This document shows positions 1 to 12,020 of a stretch of DNA of 64,000 bases, one piece after another. The first letter of the stretch is position 1; every line of letters starts with the position of its first letter. Where the stretch lies: contig JASTWF010000277.1 of NCBI GenBank assembly GCA_030390025.1, positions 558,001 through 622,000 on the forward strand, written 5' to 3'. Below the pieces are notes generated by a model, which was not told the origin of the DNA, searched no databases, and was given only the letters and a program-made list of their open reading frames with translations. The position numbers were made by a program, and so were the translations under genes. The stretch comes from Squalus acanthias (Eukaryota).

Positions 1-1425
1 CCCGGCCCCACCCGACCCGCTACCGACCCCGGCCCCACCCGACCCCCCACCGACCCGGCCCCACACGATCCACCATCGACCCTGGCCCCACCCGACCCGA
101 CCACCGACCCGGTCCCACACGACCCCCCACCGACCCCGGCCCCCACCCGACCCACTATCGACCCCGACCCCACCCGATCTGCCATCGACCCCCCCACCGA
201 CCCCGGCCCCACCCGACCCACTATCGACCCCGGCCCCACCCGATCCGCCATCGATCCCGGCCCCACCCCCCCGGTCCACACGACCCCCCACGACCCCGGC
301 CCCCCACCCGACCCACTATCGACCCGACACCACCCGATCTGCCATCGACCCCCCCACCGACCCCGGCCCCCACCCGACCCACTATCGACCCCCGGCCCCA
401 CCCGATCCGCCATCGATCCCGGCCCCACCCCCCCCCGGGCCCACCCGATCCGCACCGACCCCGGCCCCACCCACCACGACCCCGGCCCGCCACCCGACCC
501 CCCACCGACCCCGGCCCCACTCGACGCGAACACCGACCCCGGCCCCCCCACACACCGACCCCGGCCGCACGACCCCCCACCGACCCGGCCCCACTCGACC
601 CCGACCTCGGACCCCGGACACTCGACCCCCGACCACGACCCGGCCCACCCGACCCGACACCGACCCCGGTCCCACACGACCCCCCCCACCGACCCGGCCC
701 CCCCGACCCACTATCGACCCGACCCCACCCGATCTGCCATCGACCCCCCACCGACCCCGGCCCCACCCGACCCACTATCGACCCCGGCCCCACCCGATCC
801 GCCATCGATCCCGGCCCCACCCCCCCCGGTCCCACACGACCCCCCACCGACCCCGGCCCCACCCGACCCACTATCGACCCCGACACCACCCGATCTGCCA
901 TCGACCCCCCCACCGACCCCGGCCCCACCCGACCCACTATCGACCCCGGCCCCACCCGATCCGCCATCGATCCCGGCCCCACCCCCCCCCGGGCCCCACC
1001 CGATCCGCCACCGACCCCGGCCCCACCCACCACCGACCCCGGCCGCACCCGACCCCCCACCGACCCCGGCCCCACTCGACGCGACCACCGACCCCGGCCC
1101 CACCCACCACCGACCCCGGCCGCACCCGACCCCCCACCGACCCCGGCCCCACTCGACCCGACCTCGGACCCCGGACCACTCGACCCGACCACCGACCCCG
1201 GCCCCACCCAACCCGCCACCGGCCCCGGCCCCACTCGTCCCGACACCTACCCCAAACGACCCACACCGACACTGTCCCTTCCCGACCCGACACCGACCCC
1301 GGCCCCACCCGATCCGCCACCGTCCCCGGCCCCACCCGACCCCCCACCGACCAGGGCCCCACCCGACCCGCCAACAACACCGGCCTCACCCGACCTTACC
1401 CGACCCCGGCCGCACACGACCCGCC
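1..1425. repeat. C-rich/CpG-rich degenerate tandem repeat (CGACCCCGGCCCCACC-type units), probably intronic in the NLR gene
   Basis: Continuous reiteration of cgaccccggccccacccgacc variants; the Gly/Val/Ser-rich minus-strand ORFs are by-products of it. Confidence 0.9.
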
Positions 1426-1560
1426 CAGGGGGGAAATCGCGGTTGAAAACATGTTTATTAATACCCTGAAGTACTTTCAGTGATTGCTGTAATATCGGAG
1501 AGAAAAATATATCAGATTCGGTGTTTAATTCAGTTTGTTTCTCTCTCTCATTGTGTTTAG

Positions 1561-1647
1561 ACTGCGCGGCAATGGACTGGAAGGTTCAGCAGTGAAAATA
1601 CTGTCTGCGGCTCTGAGGAACCCGGACTGCAAAATACAGGAACTGGA
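1561..1647 (+). CDS. NLR (NLRC3/NLRP-like) LRR exon, 87 bp
   Basis: tttag acceptor and GTAAGT donor; encodes LRGNGLEGSAVKILSAALRNPDCKIQEL, a ribonuclease-inhibitor-type LRR; 87-bp phase-2 exon typical of fish/shark NLRs. Confidence 0.9.
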
Positions 1648-1788
1648 GTAAGTACCAGACTGCGTGAGATTGTGTTTATAATAACTGGATGTCTGACACT
1701 GAACATTATTATTATTATCAGTAATAGTGTTATTAATAAACTCTGGGGATTTACTCTCATTCCTGTTATTTCTCTCTCTGATCCCCAG

Positions 1789-1956
1789 TCTATGGGGTTT
1801 CGGAATCACAGATTCTTGTGCCAAGGATCTCTCCTCCGCTATCAGTACAATCCGATCACTGACGGATCTGGACCTGGGAGCAAACTCCTTCACAGACCGC
1901 TCTGTCCCCGTTCTCTGCCGCCTCATACTGAATTGCGGGAGTCTGGAGCGGATCGG
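1789..1956 (+). CDS. NLR LRR exon, 168 bp (two LRRs)
   Basis: cccag acceptor and GTGAGT donor; encodes LWGFGITDSCAKDLSSAISTIRSLTDLDLGANSFTDRSVPVLCRLILNCGSLERI; phase matches the neighbouring exons. Confidence 0.9.
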
Positions 1957-2125
1957 GTGAGTGTTTGTGTTAATGTTTAATGTAATAAATAAAATATCAA
2001 TGGGATTCAGTCAGTGTGGGTAATATATGTCTGTAATTATTATTGAAATATTAACCCCAGTCTCGCGGTTATTTACACTGTTGTTCAATCTGTTTATTTC
2101 CTGTTTGATCTTTAATCTGTTTCAG

Positions 2126-2219
2126 GCTGGGGTTAAATGAGTTCAGTGCATTCGGAAAGAGACAGCTGGAGTTACTGCAGGAAACAAGACCCGGATTGAG
2201 CGTGACCGTCCACTTTTAA
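2126..2219 (+). CDS. NLR terminal coding exon
   Basis: ttcag acceptor; encodes LGLNEFSAFGKRQLELLQETRPGLSVTVHF* with TAA at 2217-2219, in frame with the two upstream exons. Confidence 0.85.
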
Positions 2220-2289
2220 TTTAATTTAACGTTTGCGTCATCTCCCATTGTGAGGTCAGAAGCCCAGCCCCAGGGTCACGTGACTCAGC

Positions 2290-2605
2290 CGCTCCCAGGC
2301 TGCACCCCTTTCAAAATGGATGTGTGAGAGTGTGAGTTTCTGCAAATTGCAGAGTGTGTCTGTATGTAATTTTGGTTTTAATCTTCCAACTCGGAAGTCA
2401 TCCCTCTGCAGGCTGGCCAGGCTGTGATTTTGTGTGTGACAAGGCAGGCTGGCAGGCAGTGAGAGAAATCAAGACAACATGCAGAATAAAATACTGAAAA
2501 CGGTCTGTTGGATTTTAAACTCCCAGAGCAAAGCTATGAAAGAAATCAACTTTCTTTCATTGCTGATAGTAATTCGTGGCAATTTTGCAGGCTTGCTGTG
2601 TGTGC

Positions 2606-2644
<39 letters not shown>

Positions 2645-5600
2645 ACAGACAGACAGTCAGCAAAAGCTGGTGTGCATGCAGGGCTTGTCTGTGTTTAAGT
2701 TCTCTTGCATGTGCATTGGTAATGCATCTCATGTCAGAAAAAAACAGAAAGTATACACAATTAGATCATACTGATTTAACTCCAGACTACGCTATGGTGG
2801 GATCTTACTTTGCCTTTCATTTAAGAATTTTGTATAAAGCAAACCTGCATATATACATCAAGCCATTTGATATTTTTCTGGACTGGACTTTATTGGGGAA
2901 TGTTTGTGGAATGTTGCATGGCACATCCTCGTGTGGGATCTTACTCTCCCCTTCAGCCCAACCCAAACAAGACAAGACATGTGTTTAAAATAAGTATATA
3001 TTTTATTTTTAAAAATATTTTTAGAATTATCCATTTGATTTTTTTCTGGACTGGGCTTTATTGGGGAATGTGTTGGTATGTTTTCAGAGCAAAAGCTGCT
3101 GTGCGATCTTTCCATTCATTTTATTACACTCCAGACAAACCACAGACAGACAGACATTTAATTGCCAGAAGTAAAGTATATATATTATTAATTATTGCTG
3201 ATTGTATTTACTTCTTTTCACCCTCCCGTGCTTTCATTTCCTCTGGGAGACACGGATTTCTGGGGTCTCGGCTTCACTTCTTCCTGTTTGATTGCCCTCA
3301 TCAAACATGGCCGCACAGCCAGGAAGGGACATCATCAAAAATAGACATTCCCAGGCTCCACATCTTTCAAAATGGATGTGTGTGTGTTGTAGGGTGAGTT
3401 TCTGTAAATTGCAGAGTGTGTGAGTGTGTCTGTGTGCGTGGGTGTCTGTGTGTCTGCAAATTGCAGAGCCTGTGTGAGTGTGTGGTTCATGTTACGGTAA
3501 ATTTTAGTTCAATGTGGTTGGGAGGGTGTCTGTGTGAGTGAGAGACAGATAGAGAGTCAGTGAGAGGGAGAGCGACATGAAAGCAAAAGGCAAGTAGCAG
3601 AATAGAAAGCCTGTTTCTGTAGGCCATAAAGTGAAAAGATAAGATACTGAAAAGTGTCTTTTTGGTTTTAATCTTCCAACACGGCAGTCATCCCTCTGCA
3701 GGCTGGCCAGGCTGTGAGTGTGTGAGTGAGAGAGAGAGAGAGAGGGCAAAAGCTGGTGTTTGTGTGAGATGTGGTCTGCTGTCTTATTACCTGCTGTTGT
3801 TGTATTAAACCCTGTTGATTTCATTCTGGCCTGGTCCACATGTAATGCTGTTGTGTATCACTTCATTGCACTTTATTTCATTTCACTTCACTTCAAGACA
3901 GATACTGAAAATGTCTTTGTGGACTGTCTGACAATAAAAGCTGTCTGGGATCTTTGTATTCTTTTTATTCCACTCTACTCAAATCAACACAAGGTAGACA
4001 GGCAGGCTGGTAGTGAGAGAGACACATGAAATCAAGACAACATGCAGAATAGAAATAAAAACAGAAAATGCTGGAAATACTCAGTATGTTAGGCATCATC
4101 AGTGGAGAGACACGGAAACAGAGTAAATGTTTCAGCTCGATGACCTTTCGTCAGAACCTTGCCAGAATCTGACAAAAGGTAATCGAGCTGAAACATTAAC
4201 TCTGTTTCTCTCTCTCTCCACAGATGCTGCCTTACCTGCTGAGTATTTCCAAAACTTGCTGTTATTTCAGATTTCCCACTTCCACAGGATTTGCTTTTGA
4301 TGCAGATTAGAAAGCCTGTTTCTGTAGGCCGCAAACTGAAAAGATAAAATACTGAAAACTCTCTGTTTGCTTTTAAACTCCCAAACAGAGCAGAGTAATG
4401 ATATAAATCAACTTTCTTTCATTGCTGACAGTTATTTGTGGCAATTTTGCCGGCTGGCCTGTGTGTGTGTGTGTGTGAGAAAGAGAGACAGACAGACAAC
4501 AAAAGCTGGTGTGTATGCAGGGCTTGTCTGTGTTCAAATTATCTGCCATGTGCATTGGTATTGCATCTCATGTCTGTAAATAACAGAAAGTATACAACAT
4601 TAGATCATACTGATTTAATTCCAGACTGCGCTGTTGTGGGATCTTACTTTCCTTTCTTACAAGATTTAGTAAAAAGCAAATCTGCATATATACTTCAAGC
4701 CATTTGATATTTTACTGGACTGGACTTTATAGGGGAATGTTTGTGGATTGTTTCATGTCATTTCCTGTAGTGGGATCTTACTCTCCCCTTCAGCAAAACC
4801 CAAACAAGACAAGAAATGTGTTAAAGAAAAAGTATATATTATATTTTATTAATGTTTTTCAGAATAATCCATTTGATTTTTTTCCGGACTGGGCTATAAT
4901 TGGGGAATGTGCTTGGGATGTTTTCACAGCAAAAGCTGCTGTGGGATCTCTCTATTCATTTTATTACACTCCAGGCAAATCAGAGACAGGCAGACATTTC
5001 GTTACCAGAAGTAAAGTATATATATTATTATTTATTCCTGATTGTATTTACTTCTTTTCACCCTCCCGGGCTTTCATTTCCTCTCGGAGAACGGGATTTC
5101 TGGGGCCTCGGCTTCACTTCTTCCTGTTTGATTGTCCTCATCAAACATGGCCGGACAACCAGGAAGGGACATCATCAAACATTGACACTCCCAGGCTGCA
5201 CATCTTTCAAAATGGATGTGTGTGTGTGAGTATCTGCAAATTGCAGAGTCTGTCTGAGTGTGTGTCATGTTACTGTAAATGTTAGTTCAATGTGGGTGGG
5301 AGGGAGATTGTGTGAGTGGCAGACAGACAGAAAGTCAGTGAGAGTGAGAGAGACATGAAATCAAAAGGCAAGTAGCAGAAAAGAAAGCCTATTTCTGTAG
5401 GTCATAAAGTGAAAAGATAAGATACTGAAAAGTGTCTTTTTGGTTTTAATCTTCCAACACGGCAGTCATCCCTCTGCGGGCTGGCCAGGCTGTGAGTCTG
5501 TGTGAGTGGGAGAGAGAGGGCAAAAGCTGGTGTTTGTGTGCGATGTGGTCTGCTGTCTTATTACCTGCTGTTGTTTTATTAAACCCTATTGATTTCATTC

Positions 5601-7460
5601 TGGCCTGGTCCATATGTATAGCTGTTGTGTATCACTTCATTGCACTTTATTTAATTTCACTTCCCTTCAAGACAGACAGTCAGTCAGTGAGATACTGAAA
5701 AATGTCTTTGTGGACTGTCTGACAATAAAAGCTGCTCTGGGATCTTTGCATTCTTTTTATTCCACTCCACTCAAATCAAGACAAGGCAGGCAGTGAGAGA
5801 GACACATGGAATCAAGACAACATGCAGAATAGAAATAAAAACAGAAAATGCTGCAAATACTCAGTATGTTAGGCAGCATCAGTGGAGATACAGAGCAACA
5901 GAGTAAATGTTTCAGCTCGATGACCTTTCATCAGAACCTTTCCAGAATCTGACAATAGGTAATCGAGCTGAAACATTAACTCTGTTTCTCTCTCTCTCTG
6001 CAGATGCTGCCTTACCTGCTGAGTATTTCCAACAGTTTCTGTTTTGATTTCAGATTTCCTACATCCACAGCATTTGCTTTTGATGTAGAATAGAAAGCCT
6101 GTTTCTGTAGGCCGCAAAATGAAAAGATTAAATACTGAAAACAGTCTGTTTGCTTTTAAACTGCCAAACATAGCAGAGCTATGAAATAAATCAACTTTCT
6201 TTCATTGCTAACTGTAATTTGTGGCGATTTTGCAGGCTGGCTGTGTGTGTGTGTGTGTGTGTGTGGGAGAGACAGACAGCAAAAGCTGGTGTGTATGCAG
6301 GGCTTGTCTGTGTTCAAGTTATCTGCCGTGTGCATTGGTATTGCATCTCCTGTCTGAAAAAAACAGAAAGTATACTCCATTATATCATACTGAATTAATT
6401 CCAGACTGCACTGTTGTGGGATCTTACTTTGCCTTTCTTTCAAGAATTTTGTAAAAAAGCAATTCTACACATATACATCAAGTAATTTGATATTTTTCTG
6501 CACTGGAATTTATTGGGGAATGTTTGTAGAATGTTTCATGGCACATCCTGCTGTGGAATCTTGCGCTCCCCTTCAGCCCAACCCAAACAAAACAAGACAT
6601 TTAAAAACAAAGTATATATTATATTTTTAAAATTATTTTCAGAATAACCCATTTGATTTTTTTCTGGACTGGGCTTTATTGGGGAATGTGCTTGGGATGT
6701 TTTCACAGCAAAAGCTGCTGTGCGATCTTTCCATTCATTTTATTACACTCCAGGCAAACCAGAGACAGGCAGACATTTCATTACCAGAAGTAAAGTATAT
6801 ATATATTATTATTTATTCCTGATTGCATTTACTTCTTTTCACCCTCCCGGGCTTTCATTGCCTCTCGGGGACCTGGATTTCTGGGGCCTCGGCTTCACTT
6901 CCTGTTTGATTGTCCTCATCAAACATGGCCGCACAGCCAGGAAGTGACATCATCAAAAATTGACACTCCCAGTCTCCGCATTTTTCAAAATAATTGTGTG
7001 AGTGTGAGATTCTGCAAATTGCAGAGTATGTGTGAGTGTGTATGCATGTGCGTGGGTATCTGTGTGTCTGCCAATTGCAGAGTCGGTGTGAGTGATGTTA
7101 CTGTAAATTTTAGTTCAATGTGGGTGGGAGGGAGACTGTGTGAGTGGCAGACAGACAGACAGACAGTCAGTGAGAGGGAAAGAGACATGAAATCAAAAGG
7201 CAAGTAGCAGAATAGAAAGCCTGTTTCTGTAGGCCGCAAATTGAACTGATAAAACACTGACAAATCTCAGTTTGCATATAAACTGCCAAACATAGCAGAA
7301 CAATGATAGAAATAATTTTTCTTTCATAGCTGACAGTGATTTGTGGCGATTGTGCAGGCTGACAGTATGTGTGTGGGAGAGAGAGACAGACAGCAAAAGC
7401 TGGTGTGTATGCAGGGCTTGTCTGTGTTCAAGTTATCTGCCATGTGCATGGGTACTGCAT
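2290..7460. repeat. ~1.8 kb macrosatellite, about 3 diverged copies plus partial copies
   Basis: Marker aaaagctggtgtgyatgcagggc recurs at ~2660, 4500, 6280 and 7395; ctcccag..tttcaaaat recurs at ~2292, 3348, 5188 and 6965. Confidence 0.9.
4050..4275. mobile_element. Palindromic non-autonomous element (Penelope-like terminus) with degenerate hammerhead-ribozyme core; second copy ~5830-6060, remnant ~27785-27895
   Basis: Long inverted repeat centred at ~4160 (gaaatactcag...ctgagtatttc); the minus strand reads CTGACGA-AAGGTCATCGAGCT-GAAAC. Confidence 0.55.
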
Positions 7461-8370
7461 CTAATACAGCCCCTCAAACTAATACAGTACCTCAAACTAA
7501 TACAGACCCTCAAACTAATACAGACCCTCAAACTAATACAGACCCTTAAACTAATACAGCCCCTCAGACTAATACAGACCCTCAAACTAAAACAGTACCT
7601 CAAACTAATACACTCCCTCAAACTAATACAGCGGCTCAAACTAATACAGACCCTCAAACTAATACAGGCCCTAAAACTAATACAACCCCTCAAAGGAATA
7701 CAGCCCCTCAAACTAATGCAGCCCCTCAAAATAATACAGCACCTCAAACTAATACAGCTACTCAAACTAATGCAGTACCTCAAACTAATACAGTACCTCA
7801 AACTAATACAGCCCCTCAAACTAATACAGCCCCTCAAACTAATACAGCCCCTCAAACTAATACAGCACCTCAAACTAATACAGCCCCTCAAACAAATAGA
7901 GCCCCTCAAACTAATACAGCACCTCAAACTAATACAGCCCCTCAAACTAATGCAGCCCCTCAAAATAATACAGCACCTCAAACTAATACAGTACCTCAAC
8001 TATTACAGCCCCTCAAACTAATATAGCCCCTCAAACTAATGCAGCCCCTCAAACTAATAGAGACCCTCAAACTAATACAGCCCCTCAAACTAATACAGCC
8101 CCTCAAACTAATACAGCCCCTCACACTAATTCAGCTCCTCAAACTAATACACACCCTCAACCTAATACAGTACCTTAAACTAATACAGCCCCTCAAACTA
8201 ATAAAGCCCCTAAATCTAATAAAGCCCCTCAATCTAATACAGCACCTCAAACTAATACACCACCATAAATTAATACAGCTCCTCAAACTCATACAATCCT
8301 CAAGCTGATTTTACCCCTCAAAATAATACAGCCCCACACACGAACGCAGCCCCTCAAACTAATACAACCT
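7461..8370. repeat. 18-bp minisatellite (CTAATACAGCCCCTCAAA)n, ~50 units
   Basis: Direct reading of the unit; gives LKLIQP pseudo-ORFs. Confidence 0.95.
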
Positions 8371-8384
8371 CTAATCCACAAAAA

Positions 8385-9755
8385 GCTGGTCAATTGCAAT
8401 CCGGCCAATTAGCGCCCCATCAGTCTACTCTCAATATACAGCAAAGTGATGGAAGTCGTCGGCGATAGTGCTATCAAGCTGCACTTACTCACCAATAACC
8501 TGCTCACTGATACCCAGTTTGGGTTCCGTCAGGATCACTCGGTTCCCGATCTTATTACAGACTTGGTACAAACATGGACAAAGGAGCTGTATTCCAGATT
8601 GAGCAGAGAATGACATCCCTTGACGTCAAGGCAGTATTTGACCGAGTGTGGCATCAAGGAGGCCTAGTAAAACTGAAGTCAATGGCAATCCGGGGTAAAA
8701 CGCTCCACTGGCTGGTATCATACATCGCACAAATAAAATGGTTGTCGTGGTTGGAGTTCAATCATCATTACCCCAGGATATCACTGCAGGAGTTCCTTAG
8801 GGCAGTGTCCTAGGCCAAACCATCTTCAGCTGCTTCATCAATGACCTTCCCTCCAACATAAATACAGGAATGGGGATGTTCGCTGATGACTGCACAGTGT
8901 TCAGTTCCATTCGCAACTCCTCAGATAATGAAGCAGTCCATGCCCACATCTTGCAAGACAACATTCAGGCTTGGGCAGATAAGTGGCAGGTAACACACAT
9001 GTGCCAGGCAATGACTATCTTCAACAAGCGAGAGTATGACCACTGCCCCTTGATATTCAACGGCATTTCCATCGCCGATTCCCACACCATCAACATCCTG
9101 GGGGTCACCATTAATCAGAAATTTAACTGGACCAGCCAAATAAATATTGTGGCAACAAGAGCAAGTCAGAGGCTAGGTATTCTGCGGCGAGTGTCTCATC
9201 TCCTGACTCCCCAAAGTTTTCCATCATCTACAAGGCACAAGTAAGGAGTATGATGGAATACTCTCCCCTCGCCTGGATGAGTGCAGTTCCAACAACACTC
9301 AAGAAGCTCGACAGCATCCAGTACAAAGCAGCCCGCTTGATTGGCAACCCACCCATCACCTTAAGTATTTACACCCTCAATCGCCGACGTACCGTGGCTG
9401 CAGTGTGTACCATCTACAAGATACACTGCAGCAACTCGCCAAGCCTTCTTCGGCAGCACATCCCAAACCCGCGACCTCTACCACTTAGAATGACAAGGGT
9501 TAGCGGGTGAGTGGAAGTACCACCTCCTCCAAGTTCCCCTCCATGTCAACACACCTTTCCGACTGGAAATGTATCGCCGTGCCTTCATCGTCGCTGTGTC
9601 AAAATCCTGGAAATCACTGCCTTACAACATTGTGGGAGCACCTTCAACACACGGACTGCAGCGGTTCAAGAAAGCAGCTCACCACCACCTTCTCAAGGGC
9701 AATTAGGGATGGGCATTTTCCAACGAAGCTCAAACACCGTGAATGAATAAATTAA
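8385..9755 (+). mobile_element. Degenerate 5'-truncated non-LTR retrotransposon (CR1-group RT, a family distinct from the main CR1s here)
   Basis: Broken RT motifs AVFDRVWH, FADDCTVF and MEYSPLAWMSA; short gaatgaataaa tail. Confidence 0.85.
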
Positions 9756-9764
9756 ATAGAACTT

Positions 9765-12020
9765 CCTCCGTCTTGCCTCCCCTTGCTGACTCTCCGGTCT
9801 GTCACGACCTGTCTAATTCCCCCGTCCATCTCACTGTCTCTTTGTCACCGCGTCTGTCTCTCTTTCTGTCTCTCACCCCATCAGTCTCCCCTGTCTTTCT
9901 CCTCACCATCTATCTCCCTGCGGCTGTCTGCGTGGCTCTCGCACCGAACCCATCCCCCCATATCCGCCGCCCTTCTACCAATTTCTGTCTCTCGCGCTCT
10001 CTCCACCATATGTTTCCTTCGTCTGCCTCCTGCCGTCTGTCTCCCAATCTGTCTCATTTTGTCTCTGTCTCTCCCGTGTCTATCTCACCCTGTCTGTCTT
10101 TCTGTCTGTCTGTCTCTCTCTTCCTCAACCCCTCTTTCTCCCCTGGCTTTCTCTCTCTCTGACTGCCTGTCTGTCGATCTCGCTCTTTCTCCACACCACA
10201 CCCGTCTGTTTCGCTCTTGTCCCATCCTGTCTAAACTGCTCCACATCAATGTCCCCTGCTACTCACTGTCTCCCTCTGTCTCTCCCGCGTAAATCTCCTG
10301 CGTCTCTCCCTCTCGTCCATCTCCTCCCCCGCCTGTCTCAACATCATGCGCCGCCCATCTAACTCCCTCTCGGTCTCCCATTTTGTCTGTCTCTCTGACG
10401 GATCGTCGTCTGTGTCTCTCTCTGTCTCAATCAGTTTGTCTCTCTCTCTGTCTCCCAACGTAAGTCTCCCCATCTCTCACTCTTGCTGTCTCCCCCATCA
10501 CTCTCTCTCTCTCTCACACAACCTTCCCACCACCGTCTTGCACTCCCGTCTGTCTTTCTTTCTTTCTGTCCCCGTCTGTCTCCATCAGTCTCTCCCCCAT
10601 CCTTCTTCCACCGATCTTTCTCTCGCTCTTTCTCCCCAGTCTGTCGCTCCCAAGAGTCTCACGCTGTCGGCCTCCCTGTCTGTCTCCCCCATCTGTATTT
10701 CTCACTGTCTCCCCGTCTCTCTCTCTCTGTCTCTCCCGCATTGATTTCACCCAGCCTGTCCCTCTCTCTGACCCACACTCTGTCTGCCTCTCTCTCTCTG
10801 TCGCTCCCGCATTGATTTCACCCAGTCTGTCCCTCTCTCTGTCTCACACTCTGTCTGTCTCTCTCTCTCTGTCCCTCCCGCATTGATTTCACCCAGCCTG
10901 TCCCTCTCTATGTCTCACACTCTTTCTGTCTCTCTCTCTCTGTCTCTCCCGCATTGATTTCACCCAGTCTGTCCCTCTCTCTGTCTCACACTCTGTCTGT
11001 CTCTCTCTCTGTCTCACACTCTGTCTGTCCCTCTCTCTGTCTCACACTCTGTCTGTCTCTCTCTTTCTGTCTCTCCCGCATTGATTTCACCCAGCCTGTC
11101 CCTCTCTCTGTCTCACATTCTGTCTGTCTCTCTCTCTCTGTCTCAACTCCGTCTATTCTCTTTCTGTCTCTCTCTTTGTCACCGACCATCTATCTCATCC
11201 AATCTGTCTCCATCCGTCTAACTTCTCTTCAGTCTGTTTGCCCCCCTAGTCCTATCTCTCATGATAGGTCTCACTCTCTCTGTCTGCCCCAGTCTGTCTC
11301 TTCCCCCGTGTCTGAAACTCCGTCTTTCTCTCTCGCTCTGTGTAATCACCTCTGTCTCCCCCGACTGACACTGATGCTTTGTCTTCCCGTCTGCCTCACT
11401 GCTTATATGCCCTGTCTGTCACACCACGGCAGGCTCCCCGTCTCTCACTCCGCACAACCTCTCTCTCTCTTTCCACAGTCTGTCTCTCTCTGTCATCCCC
11501 CATCCTGCCTCCCGATTCTCTCTCCCCCGTCTGTCCCATATGTCTTCTCTGCCCATCTCAATCTCTCTCTCGTCTCCGCGTCTGTCCTTATCTCGCTGTC
11601 TCACCCCTATGTCTCCCCTGTATGTCTCCTCACCGTTTATCTGCCCGCATCTCTCTCCTTCTCTCTCTCTATCCCCATCCTTCTCCCCATGATCTGTGAC
11701 TCGCACTTTCTCCCCCGATGTCTCTCTCACACTGTCACCCCAGACTGTTTCCCCAGTCTGTCTCCCCAGTCTGGGTTCCCTGTCTGTCTCCTGCCGCTTT
11801 TCTCCCCCAATGTCTCTGTCGCTGTCTCAATTCGGTCTGTTTTTTTTGTCTGCTAATTATGTCTCCCCTCAATGTTTCTCTCAGTAACCCCATCTGTCTT
11901 TCTCGCTCAGATTTCCACTTCTGTCTATCTGTCTGTCTGTCTCACCCCGTCTGATTACTCCCCATCATCTCCACCTCTGGTCTGTCTGTATCTCTGTCTG
12001 TGTCTCTCTCTCCCGGTCAG
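9765..12020. repeat. CT-rich low-complexity/simple repeat tract
   Basis: Polypyrimidine (TC/TCTG)n with a locally repeated cccgcattgatttcacccag unit at 10735-11100. Confidence 0.9.

Noticed and set aside
221-1389. Gly-rich ORFs up to 341 aa
   Set aside because: Open in all minus frames because of the G-rich repeat
7341-8308. LKLIQP / CISLRG repeat ORFs
   Set aside because: Translation of an 18-bp minisatellite; no splice or start context
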